A stretch of 64,000 nucleotides of DNA from Lama glama. Taxonomy: Eukaryota. Under the pieces are notes generated by a model. It was not told where the DNA came from. It saw only the letters and a list, made by a program, of their open reading frames with translations, and did no database searches. The position numbers and the translations under genes were made by a program. Shown here one piece after another: positions 24,455 through 37,143 of the stretch. Each line of letters begins with the position of its first letter. Within the stretch, counting starts at the first letter, position 1. Location of the stretch: NCBI GenBank assembly GCA_028534125.1, contig CM052817.1, positions 72,294,001-72,358,000 of the forward strand, given 5' to 3'.

Positions 24455-26470
24455 CATTGGGCTAGGTATTTTTGGTCTTAATTTGTAGTTCCCTAATACT
24501 GAAGATGTTGAATATCTTACTATGTAGGTACTTGTCCTTCATACACCATTTTTAGTTAAGTGTCTATTCAAATCTTTGGCTCATTTTTTAAATTGGATTG
24601 TATGTTTTATTAGTATTGAGTTTTGAATTTCTTTATTAATTCTAAAGACAAGTCTTTATTATATTTTGCAAATATCTTCTCCCGGCACATGGCTTGTCTT
24701 TTCATTTATTTGATGGGATCTTTCAGAGAAGACATTTTTAATTTTGGTGAAGTCAAACTTGTTGATTTGTTCTTTTATGAATCATGTTTTTAGCATAGTA
24801 TCTAAGAAACTTTGTCTAATTCAAGTTCATAATGATTTAATCCTATATTTTCTTCTAGATGTTTTACAGAATTTAAGTTGTATATTTAGGCCTATGATAC
24901 ATTCTGAGATCTATAAACACAATTCTTTATAGTTACCTATGTTGTTATCATTTGCTATGATGTGGCCCCTTTAAGTAGATACAGGTGTCCCTCTGGCCAT
25001 CTCTTTCTTTCTGTCTGAATGACTTCCTCTAATTTTTCTTATAGAGCAGGTTTGCTGATAATAAATTCATTTAACATTTGTATGTTTGAATGTATCTTTA
25101 TTTTGCTTTTATTTTTGAAAGACATTTTTGCTGGGTAAAGAATTCTAGGTTGACAGTTGTGATTTTTTCTTTAAGTACTGTAAAGATATTGCTCCATGAC
25201 TTTCAGTGTGTACTTTCCAGTGAGAAATTGGCCGTCATCTTTATCTTTAATCCCTGATACATAATGCATCTTTTTTCTCTGGTTGCTTTTGATTTCGATT
25301 TTATTAGTGATTTAAAGTAATTTGATACGATGTGCTGTGGTGTAGTTTTCTTTGGATTTCTTGTGCTTGTAATTATTTTAGCCTCTTGAAACTATGTGGT
25401 TATTAATTTCCATCATTTTGGCAATTTTTATTATTACTTTAAAAATTTTTAGTCCCTTAATCTCCCCTCTTTTGGGGACTCTTAATTACACATATATTCC
25501 ATCACTTGAAATTGTCCCACAGCTCAATAATGCAAATTTTTCTAATCCTTTTGTGTTTCATTTTGAATAGTTTCTATTCTTTTTTTTTTACATTTTTTAT
25601 TGATTCATAATCATTTTACAGTGTTGTGTCAAATTCCAGTTTCTATTCTTATTTATTAAAGTTTACCAATTTTTTCTGCAATTTTAATCTGCTAAAATCT
25701 CATCCAATGAATTTTCATGTCAATCATTGTGTTTTTTTATGTCTAGAAGGTTATGTAAAAATAGATTCCATGCCTTTACTTAACATGTTCAATCCTTTCT
25801 GTAGCTCCTTACATATTTGGAACATAGTTATAAAAACTATTTTGATAACTGTCCACTAATTTTCCCATTTATGCCATTCCTGGGTCAGCTGCCTCATTAT
25901 AGGTTGTATTTTCCTGCTTTTTTTTTTTTTGCATGTTTGGTAGTTTTTGACTGAACATCAAACATTGTGAATATTATATAGTTATATAGTTGATATTTTC
26001 ATATTCTTAAAAATATTGTTAGAATTTTTTCTGGGACATGGCTAATTTATTTATAAATAGTTTAATCCTTTAAAGTTTTGCTTTTAAACTTTGTGAAAAA
26101 CAGAACTAGGAGCTTAAATTTTCTCCACTATTGAGGCATAATCCTTTTTAACAGTCTAACTGAACACCCGTAAATTCTGAAGTTTTCTATTGTGGTTGCT
26201 AAGAATAGATGCAATTTCCAACATTTTGTGAACTCTGGACATTCTTCTCTGTAATTCTTTTAGGTAATTATCAGTAGTTTTCCCACAAGCATGTGCTAAT
26301 CAGTATTCATGCCATAAACTATCATAGAGTTCATGTCATGTTTCTTATCTCTGAGATCACTGCCCTTACTTGCCTGGTATCTAATATCTTGATAGCAATC
26401 TTTTCATATATTTTGTCCATTTATACGTTGTATCAGACAGAGCATAAATCCAGTCCATCTTATTTCATCT
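24455..26470 (-). mobile_element. Old L1M relic (ORF2 fragment ~24455-24910 and ORF1/5'-region fragment ~24960-26470)
   Basis: aagtgtctattcaaatctttggctcattttt; tttttgaaagacatttttgctgggtaaagaattctaggttgacag. Confidence 0.75.
25582..25637 (-). mobile_element. Ultra-short (56 bp) young L1 3' tip nested in the old L1M
   Basis: Poly-T plus acattttttattgattcataatcattttacagtgttgtgtcaaattcc, the same terminus type as at 12223 and 34983. Perfect TSD AGTTTCTATTCTT at 25569-25581 and 25638-25650. Confidence 0.9.
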
Positions 26471-27003
26471 TAGTGGGGAGTCTGTCATATGATTCTTATA
26501 CTTAACTTTTAATTTGTATTTAAAAATTGTATTAATGCAGTTTCTTTCACTTTCTTAGGCTAAAAATAAATCATCAGAGGCAGATTTAATACATAGGAGA
26601 TGTCTTAGTTTCTAGTGAAAGCCGTATTATGTCACTGTGTCCTTTAAAGCAATGTAGTCTGAAGACACGTAACTAGGAAAGTACTAAACCTTTGAACAGT
26701 AGGTAAGTATAATGGACTCGGGAACCTTCCCGTAATGGTATATATTAATGTTTCAAGCAGCAATTGAGTCTCAGCAAAATAACATCTGTCACATTAAGTT
26801 AATAACATTAATTAAACTTTTCCTGACTTCAAAATTTTGTTTTATTTTAAATTGAGTGTTTGCTTTGATTTTATGGTTGTACAAGAGTTATAACCACAAG
26901 GGACTTTTGCTTTGCTTTATGTTTTTATATATATTTAAATAAAATAATGCAACATGGTTTTTTTGTATTGTTCAAGACTGGTGAAGGCTGAGAAGTCTTG
27001 AAC

Positions 27004-27035
<32 letters not shown>

Positions 27036-27469
27036 ATTTTTTTCCTCGTGGAATGGAAATCAGGTCAAATTTATAGAACGTTACTTTGTCCATTACATTT
27101 TAGAAGGTTGTGCAAATCGCCTAAGCTACACAATAAATTCAATGAGGGGAAAGAAAATTTATGGTACATAAGTCACCTTCTAAATGTTTCTCTTTGCTTA
27201 CTTTTTTCACTTCCATGAAAACGAATAGAGTAAACTTTGTCAATTTACCGAAGTGTCTCAAGGTAAAATAAAATTGTAACTGAATGTCTCTGGATTTCTA
27301 CTTTGAGTGGAAGAGTGGAAGCCTGAACGGATTCCCCTTGTCAGGCTTCCCAAGTTGTTCTCAGAAAGACTCAGCTGCAAATGCAGACAATCTTTCTTCT
27401 TGCTTTATTAGCAGGTCAAGACCCAGAATTTATCAGTGAGTCGAGGAATCTTGCCTTCAGGTGGATCTA

Positions 27470-27930
27470 TCAGTTAGAATTAAGTCCATCTTTGTCGTAG
27501 GAATCCCAAAGAACGATGGCTTAAACAAGATGAAAATTTATTTCTCTCTCACATAAAATTTCAGAATTAGACAGTACAAAAATGTTATCACTGCTTTGTT
27601 CCACAAAGTTCTTAAAACTCGGGTTCCTTTCAATTCATTGTCCTGTCACCCTAAGATGAAACTCTTGTCATCCTGAGCCAAGACGGTGGCTAAGTTTCAG
27701 CATCCTCTTCAGGAAGTCAAGTATCAAAAGTGATGAAGAAGAAGAGCAAAGAGCATATGTCAAGTGATGTCTGAAAAGGGAATTCAGAAACTGACACCTA
27801 AACTTATTGAGAATTTAACTGGAAGGTTGCACTTAACATGAAAGGAGATTGGGAACTTTTCATGGGATAATTGTGCATCTGGCTGTGGGAAAAGAGAGGC
27901 ATGTGTGCTAGTAAAGTTGACAGTCTCTGC
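27470..27930 (-). mobile_element. Old MaLR LTR (MLT1-type)
   Basis: tggcttaaacaagatgaaaatttatttctctctcacataa is the reverse complement of the MLT1 3' motif aataaa...ttgtttaagcca; ccaagacggtggct further in. Confidence 0.65.
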
Positions 27931-30449
27931 TTAGATGGATATTATTAAGCACTGTTATATCATCCTCTATAATATTAGCTCTGCCTCATTTTTCTCCACA
28001 CTTACCCTCCATCTGGCATACTTTCCACTTTACTAGTAATTTGTTTCATTGTCTTTTCTGTTGACTGAAATATGCACTTTATGAAGGGAGGAATTTTTGT
28101 TTGCCCTTATGAAGGGAAGAAGAGCAGACTGATGCAAAATCTATGTTTGAACGTAGAAGGAAGTAAAGTGAACATGGAACCTTAACCAATCTTTTTCATT
28201 GTAATTATAGGAAAAAACATTAATCTCACTCAGGAAAAAAAACACTTTTATTTTTGACACAGCATAAGACAGAAGATATACAGTAAAAAAGGTCAACACG
28301 GACTGAAAAAGTTGGAGAAAAAATTAGAGATGTGAATGCAGTGGGAGTTAAAATGAGTCTTGAAGAATAGAAGGAGTGTGGATTGTAAGCAGAGAAAAGG
28401 CCTTCCTGACAGAGTAGTGCCAAGAAAGCAGAGAGATGGAAGAGCTCCTTCCTCTGGGAAGACAGGATGGAAAGTAAAGGGTTGAATGGGTCCAACCTAA
28501 CAGTCAGAAAGAAGACAAACTTTATTTAATAATATCTTATATCTGATGGCTATTCCCTTGGTAAAGCCTTTTCATGTTGGTTGATCATTTTACTTTCATA
28601 GTAAGTTGATTTAGACAAGTGTTATTACCACCAATTAACAGAAGAAGGTTAAAGACCCAGTTTAATAAATTATTTATGGTCACATAGTTTAGTCATTAAT
28701 TACTTCATATTAATTCATTAAGATCCAGAGAAGACCCCACACAAATCTGTCATCTTTAACTTGTGCTCTTTTGTTCAGATATGAATGCTAAGGTAAAAGT
28801 CAAACTGTACATTAGGAACCATACATTGAATTGGGATGTATCATTATCATTGAAAGTTATTCATTTCCTATTTCTGTTTCTACTGGCACAATGAGATTAA
28901 TGTATTTTACACCTAACACTGAGGTGTATATAAGAATACATAAGACCTAACATCACATTTTATATTTTCTGAAACCTTACATAAAGGAAATAGACCAATT
29001 GCTTACATTTAACTTATAGAACTGAAGCTGAATATGCAAATTGGAATAACATTTGTAACTGGATGCTTTATAGGATTTCAAATATCTTCTTATAAAGGAA
29101 GCTATGTTAAATCATGTAGTTATTAAATAAATAATGAGGTTTTCTCATGCTTTTTAACTGTCCCAAATTATTATTTTTCTTTTGGCATAGTGTTTCTGCT
29201 AACCTTTTTTTTTTTTTCACTGAATGGCCAATAAGGGGAGGGGGGATGGGCAGAAACTAAGGCTCTTAGTCATTAAGTGTCATAAAATCAATATGAAGAT
29301 ATCCTTTGGCAGATTAATGTGAAATGAATTAAAACTGAAGCTTTGATGGTGTGAATGCATCTGTGTGTGTATCCTGCACAATCCAGAGCAGATAGAGTTC
29401 AAATATGAATAGCATTTCTTATTATTTCTATTTGAGTCATTGATTGATTGAAGTGGTGAAGAATATTAAAATCACTAGCAAAACTTGGCTGAACAAATGT
29501 TCTACATGTTTAGTAAAAGATATATTAATCTCATCACACAGGAGCTATCAGTGTTACAATGAACCCTGGAGCTGTAAAATGAGCTGTAAAATGGATTTGA
29601 TTTTAGAATATTGCAAGTTCTGTCATTATAGCTAAGGTAAACTATATAGCCTGATAAAGGTCTATCGCAGAGATGTCGCACACAGGAAACTGTCTGGTAA
29701 TTACTGGAAATCAGTTGAATTACTGGAAATCAAAGGGCAGAAAAAGAGCACCTTTGAGCAATTATCAGTAACAGACAAATGATTTGAGCAAGGTAATAGA
29801 GAAAACCAATTTCATAGTGAAAGATGACAGAAAGGGTTAAGTCCTAAGTAAGTTAGAGACTTTGATGGTGGAATAAAGTTATAACTTACTTTGGTCCAAA
29901 TGAGTGATCATCTACAGCCTCATCTGAGCTGAGAGACTTCACTCTGGTGCTCTCCGCAAAACAGGATGCTCTGCCCTGATGACGGAATGTGCAGGCTTGA
30001 AGTTTGCATTGTATTGTAGCTCTTTGAGATTTAGACCGTCCTTGTTGATTTTTCTTTCATTTGCTGAGGCGTGAATAAATGTGGTCAGCTCAACAGTAAT
30101 CAAATCTGTATGTCTTTTCTGGTAGCATTTTCCTCTGCTTAAGTACCAGTTATAATAATCAAGTGTTGGGTGATGTGTTAACTTTTCCAGGCTACTGTAT
30201 GACACATAAAACATCCTAGACTGAATTTACTAAATTGTATTTTCAGAACTGAACTAGGAATATTATCTACATCTTGGCCCTCAGCCTGCTTCTGGGATTT
30301 TTAGTCTATAAAATAATGTCATTAAGTCCAATGGTTTTCTTGGCAAAGGTCTGGTTGTGGCTCCCTTTATTTGGCCTCTTTGTCAGGGACAAACTGGGAA
30401 ATGATTGTTAGTACATACTCTTTCATTCATTCATTTGAAGGTTGGGAGC

Positions 30450-30660
30450 TGGCAAAATTAATCTATGGTGAAGGCAAATAGTGATTACCTCTGCGAGCAC
30501 ATGCTAGTGACTCAGGAGAGGCACAAGGAGCCTTCTATGTGTTAGAACTGTTCTGTATCTTGATCTGGAAGCTGAGTATATAGTATATATGTAAGAATGT
30601 TTTCCTTATGCATACTTATAATTTATGCAATTTACTGAACATAAGGTATACTGAAATAAA
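30450..30660 (+). mobile_element. L1M (MC/ME-type) 3' end relic
   Basis: ggcaaaattaatctatggtga...gaggcacaaggagccttct...tgttctgtatcttgatctgg...aataaa. Confidence 0.7.
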
Positions 30661-33600
30661 TATATTTTAAAAATTATAGCTCACAATAAATATAACTGAT
30701 GGATGCATGTATATATACATGTATGTATATATATGCTGAATGATTCACCAAGCATGACATCAAGTTATATATGACAAATGTTTAGAAATACCACAATAAG
30801 TTGGTAGAAACTCACATTTTTATTACAGAACTTAACATTCCCCAGTATATCACTGTAAAGTATGGGGTAGTGACAGATACCTTGCATAGAAATTGTGTCA
30901 AGAGGACAAACAAAGGTATAAGCAACACCAGCTAATGAATACAGGATAACATCAAATTCCAATCATTGCAATAAATTTAGAACCAGAAAGAGGAAGAGAC
31001 GTGATTTTTTCATTATAAGTTAATAGGGTATACTTGGGGGATACAATTGAATCCATTTAAAAGTCCTAAGAAGAATTTGGTAAGGTAATAAATTAAAAGA
31101 ATTGATCTTTTCATAAGAAAGTAACTATATAGATACATAAGTAGTTTAAAACTATTTTCTTATTAGTTAAAACACAAAGTAGAAAAAACATCAAATTAAT
31201 TTGAAATAATACCAAATATATGAAAATCATCTAAACTAGGAATGATATACAAGATTATGAGAACGTTATAGTTTCTTTCTAAAAAATATAAAAATATGAG
31301 TTGATTTGATGGAAAGATTTAATATATTTCTGAAGAGTAAGAATTGGTTAATATATTCTTTAAAGTTTTTAAGATTTTACTTATTTTCTATATAGAAAAA
31401 TGAGATTTCCTTAGCTTCTATGGGACAAAGTGAGTTACAGTTTCTTTAGACACACATCAAATAGATTCATCTGAAAGTAGGTTTGACATTATCCATTTAA
31501 TTCGATGCTTAGTATTTTCCAGTTTTCACATTTGTACTGAAAGTCATGTTTAGCATGTAGTTATTATACATGGTCAGTTATAAGTTTTGAGATTTAAATT
31601 TAGAAATCTTTCAAAATCCTGGACAAAGACTTCTTATCCTTGCTTTACCCTTTGCTGCTCATAAGACTTTTAGCAAATCCTTCAGCTTAGCAGAGTGAAG
31701 GCATGAGGACATTGGGGGTGTGGGATACGAGGGCTTGGGGGGTGTGGGAACTGGAGAGTCTGGAAAGATACACACCACAGTTTATTAGTGGTCTTCATTG
31801 TGTGATAACCGCACAGGTGATTTTAACGTTGTCTGTACAATTTTCTGAATTTTTTGAATTGGGCAAGGATTATTCATTATTGCTATTATCACACAACAAA
31901 AAGAAGATATTTTCAGTAATAACAGCAGCAAAAAAAGACAAGTCCTAAAGACCTACGCATTTTGGGGGTGGGGAGTTGGTCCAAAATGTTGGCTCTAAGT
32001 GTTCTAGCTGTTAATATGGAAATGCAATCTGGCCCACAGGCCTAACACTACTCTTTCTTCCTTCTCTTTCATCCCTGTGACATGCTGACAAGAGAGTCGT
32101 GTTCTCCACTTAAGTAAGTTTTGCTTATATACATGTGTTCTTTGGTGCTTTGGATTGAAAAGAGCAGTTTAGCAACGTTCAACGTGAAGTCTAGTAAAGC
32201 GTGGGAGATCCCCAATGAAATTTATTCTTGGAGTTGGTTAATTCTTGACATAGTTATCAGTTTAATCATACATTCCTTTCCGTTTTGAGTAGAGGAGTGA
32301 TGTTAATGATTTAAATGTGTGTTTGGTTATGTTCACAGTTTGGAACCTGTCATATTGCTAACAACACAGTTTTGGACGTGAGTTCTGAGTCTCAGTGTTG
32401 AGTCAGAGTACAGAGATCATTTTCATTTCTGCTCGTGTGGCCAACTTGGCGATAGTATGCATGAGACTTTTAATGACTGCACTCTCTTTCACAGTGTTGT
32501 AACACTGTTGTGTTTTTGTCTTAGCACCATATTAAGAACCTCACAGTACAGAGGAATAGAAACTCTCAGGCACATAGCTTTGGTAGTAATTAATTGGCAG
32601 CGCATTTCAAAGCTATGGATATTCAATGTCACCAAGGTATCAGTTTCACATTTGGTTCAATACTGTGTGTGGGAATTAAATGCAGAACAGTGTGTTATCG
32701 CTGCTTAATCATGTAAATCGTATTCACATGTTAGGCCCCCGTTCTTAATTGAATTTTTGCTTCTTTATTTAGAAACAAAGATTTCTTGATAAAGTTAAAA
32801 TGGTTTTAAGCAGAAGCATATTCTTCAGAAATTAATTTTCATATTTTCTTACTGGTACTCAGTTGTAAGTGAAGGTCACAGGGTGTGGTGTGGCCAGGCT
32901 GTACCTTGTGTCTTTATTCGGAAGGAAAAGCCAAAGCTGATGAGCAGAACTGATGCTGGAAAACTAGCAGGACTGTACTCTCATTTTGATTTTCTATCCT
33001 AAAATGGTTTATAAACCCCTGAAATGACTACAAAGGGGCCATTTAAAACATTTTTGTAGCTATGTTGATCATTGCCATATCCTTTCCCAGCCATTAACTT
33101 CAGATGGATCCCCTACATCGGAGTCATAGACAACGCTGACATGCTAAGGTCTTTAGGCAGCAATGGTTTTAGTTCAGTTGCATCTGAGACATTTCTTATG
33201 ATTTACTAAAATTACCTACTACAGAACTTCCTTTAATGCAAGTGATAAAAAAAACTTTCTGTTCCTGAAATTATTTATTTTGCTTTTTGAACATTTATGT
33301 CAATGAACTGTGAAGGCTTTATCAGTTGGACTTCTGAAGTTCTTTTAGAAAACTGTCATTATTTTACACCAAAGATTATTTTACACCAAAGAGAATGACA
33401 GGCTGAATATTTCACAAGACCAGGATTTTGAAGGATTTCTGAATTCAATTCCCAGATCTTATAACTGACCGTGTAGTTATTAGCCAAATATGACTTAGTC
33501 TCAGCACAAATGTGAAAACTGAAAAATACTAAATATAGAATTAAATGGATAATATCAAATCTATTTTGAGATTAATCCACTTGATCATTGGCTAAAGAAA

Positions 33601-34975
33601 TTGTAGCTAATTTAGGACCTACTTCTTTTAACATACTCATTTGGGTAAATCCATGTATTATCCACGATTTCTAATTCAGAAGCCATCCTTACCCATGGCA
33701 CCTTTGAGCTATGTCAATTTCTTCCCTATAGACCTGCCTTTTCTGCTAGACTGAGAGCTTTTTTTATAAGCAATAGCTTTCCCAATCATTTTTGTGCTGT
33801 AAGCACTTATTTTATAGTACTTTATAATAATAAGTGTTCGATAACAGCTTCTTGTCTCTAATTCAAAATGGCTTGACCATTCTTCAGTGACTTTACACTC
33901 CCAGGCACAGGAAGTTTAAAGATCCTGTAGAGCTTCAGGACTTTCCATGAAACAACCACAGAAGCACCACCACCCAAACCAAATGAAACCAGACCATCTG
34001 TGTTCTATTAGCCTCTATCCTTAGAAAAGTCACTGCCGCCTATGTCTAGGATAAAAAGCAGGGGGTGGGGGTGAGTTCTTGGCTGGTTCTTTAGAGAATT
34101 ATAAAGTTCTACTACTAGATAACCTGGAGGCAATGTTGGTAGAGAGTAGATCCATTTTTTAAGTCATACTAAATTTAAGGGAATTTGGAAATATTCAGGA
34201 GGAGGTGGCAAGTTTAACCACAAGTCTGGTGCACAGGAGAGAGGACTGGGCTGGACATTCAGATCTGGTTATTGCATGAGCCTTAAACATGCTTTGTTTG
34301 TACTCTTAAAAATGTGTATGTGTTTTGGTAGACAGACCTTGCCTAGAATATGCAAGTAGTTTAACTACCATGTTTATCTGCTTCATTCAGAATAGAAATG
34401 GTGATAAGACAGACATTCCCTAAGGAATAAACATATTGTTTCAGATACAAATACCTTAATCTAGTCATTTGAGCCGATCATTTCTCCTGAATTCTTGTTA
34501 GTTGTTATGCTGAATTTAGCAACATTACTTTGATGAAACCTCATACAGAAGTTGTTCGCTAAAGTAAAAGTGTATAATTCTCCACCAAAGAAAGAAAACA
34601 CTGTTAGAATAAATCCATCTGTCCTTTAGATTTAGAGACGCAAAAGTTATCACCAATGTGCGGAACAGACCACGAAGTAGAAGAGGCTACTCGTGTAAAG
34701 CCCAGCAGAATCACTGTCCAACACAGGCAAAAAAGCGGCGGATCTTTTCCCACGCCTTGGCATTCCTACTACTTGAATTTAAAGGCCTGCCACCTGTACC
34801 CTCCTCTTAAGTTCTGGATTCATCATTTCCTGTACCTTCACATCCAAACATATGGGAGTGAGGTCACAAAGTGGAAGCTTTTCAATAGTCAGAGGAGTGG
34901 AGCTCTTATATTAAAATGCACTGATGCAGGTGAGAATTTGTGTGTGCACACATGCAATCTATGGGGGGGGTTGGC

Positions 34976-35681
34976 TTTTTTTAACATTTTTTTTTACTAA
35001 GTTATAGTCATTTTACAATGTTGTGTCAAATTCCAGTGTAGAGCACAATTTTTCAGTTATACATGAACATACATATATTCATTGTCACTTTTTTTTTTCA
35101 CTGTGAGCTACAGGATCTTGTATATATTTCCCTGTACTATACAGTATAATCTTGTTTATCTGTTCTACATTTTGAAATCCCAGTCTGTCCCTTCCCACCC
35201 CCTGTCCCCTTGGCAACCACAAGTTTGTATTCTATGTCTATGAGTCTGTTTCTGTTTTGTATTTATGTTCTAAGGGAACCCTCTCACACTGCTGGTGGGA
35301 ATGCAGTTTGGTGCAGCCTCTGTGGAAAACGGTACGGAGATTCCTCAAAAGACTAGGAATAGACTTACCATATGACCCAGGAATCTTGCTCCTGGGTATA
35401 TATCCAGAAGGAACCCTACTTCAAAAAGACATCTGTACCCCAATGTTCATAGCAGCACTATTTACAATAGCCAAGACATGAAAACAGCCTAAATGTCCAT
35501 CAACAGATGACTGGATAAAGAAGATGTGGTGTATTTATACAATGGAATACTATTAAGCCATAAAGATGACAGCATGATGCCATTTGCAGCAACATGGATG
35601 CTCCTGGAGAATGTCATTCTAAGTGAAGTAAGACAGAAAGAAAAATAAAAATACCATATGAGATTGATCATATGTGGAATC
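34976..35681 (-). mobile_element. Young L1, 5'-truncated, with 5' inversion (35272-35681 on +)
   Basis: 3' UTR on - at 34976-35270 closely matches the copy at 12223. ORF2 C-terminus on + ([34 protein letters not shown]). Possible degenerate TSD CAAT(C/A)TATG at 34955-34963 and 35683-35691. Confidence 0.92.
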
Positions 35682-36947
35682 ACAATATATGTTTATTCAG
35701 AAAATTGTTTTATATAGCAGACAGGTCAGGGTGAGGGGTTCAGCAGCTCAGGAAAAGGGATACTATCCAATTCTTGGTATTTATTTCAAGGGTTCAAAGT
35801 GTAAAAAGTCACCTGTCTCTAAGAATTTTTCTCTGGGGGAGATGATGACCCTTAAAATGGTATTTTATCATAAGTATTTGGGTCATCCTGATCAAAAGAT
35901 ATAGAATTATGATAAGGGGCCTCTCTGAAGTATGTAATGATTCATTTATTAAGTTATTAAAATGCTTTAAACACAAGTTAACAGTAGACAATGGCTAATC
36001 ACATGATAATTAGGCATATCTTTACTGTTTTATTTATTAATGGTTCCTTCATTCTAGAAATAAGTTGAGACAGTGGACTTGTCATATGTAAACTACATAT
36101 GAGAACACATTGATCTATTTCTTTAAAGTATTAGAAAATTTTTATTTGGGGGATTATGATAGCTCATAGGTCATTATGAAAATTAAATGAGAGGATGAGT
36201 GTAAAACAACCAGCTTAAAGCCTGGGATATAAAGTGCTACAAATGGTAGCTCTTAGGATGATGATTAAAAAAAAAATTACATTGAGTAAGAATGTATTAT
36301 ATCTTGCTTTCATAAAAAAATCTATTTTCTACTGAGTCTATAAACATATATATGGCTCAGAATAACCATTACACAAACTAAAGAAAGTAAGTATCCTGTC
36401 TTGCAGCAGTCATGTGATTACACAATTGTGCTTGATAAGTCAAGAACTGTTATAAGACACTGTGGGGCAGGAAAGGATTTGTAATACTTGGGTTAGAAAT
36501 TAAAGATTAATAAAATCAGTGTGAACATTTTAATCAGACGGACATTTTTTACTTTAGTTTATTGTAAAGGGAAAACAAAACATACAGAACTTCAGGTACA
36601 CAGATTCTTATGACATTTATAGAAGAAGTGGGCATAGGCCCTGGCCCCAAAACCAGAAATAGACTGTATGTTAGATCTGCTGGAACTGAACAAATATTCC
36701 GTTTTCATTGCTCTCAAAACAAGGAAAAGGTCCCTGTCAGGAAACTAACACTCTATTACTGACCAGGTGGACCTTATCCTTATAAACACAATTTATTATA
36801 GCATCTTGCCATCAGTGAGAGCTTATGTCTAAATAGATCTATGACCTACCTAGGAGATTAAATGGCACACAAAACATTGAGATGAAATAATTTCAAAATG
36901 GACATATCACAAAGAATGCTAGACTCTCTAAATGGCCCATGTAATTA

Positions 36948-37143
36948 TTTATATCAAAAGGATAAGGTGACAAGGACCTACGGTATAGCACAGGGAACTC
37001 CATTCAAATTCTTATAATAACTTACAATGGAAAAGAATCTGAAAAAAATATATATGTATGTATGTATATGCATAACTGAATTGCTTTGCTGCACACCTGA
37101 AACTAACATTGTAAATCAACTACAGTTCAATAAAAGAAAAAAG
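36948..37143 (+). mobile_element. L1 3' end fragment
   Basis: acaaggacctacggtatagcacagggaac...ataactgaattgctttgctgcacacctgaaactaacattgtaaatcaactacagttcaataaaa. Confidence 0.88.
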
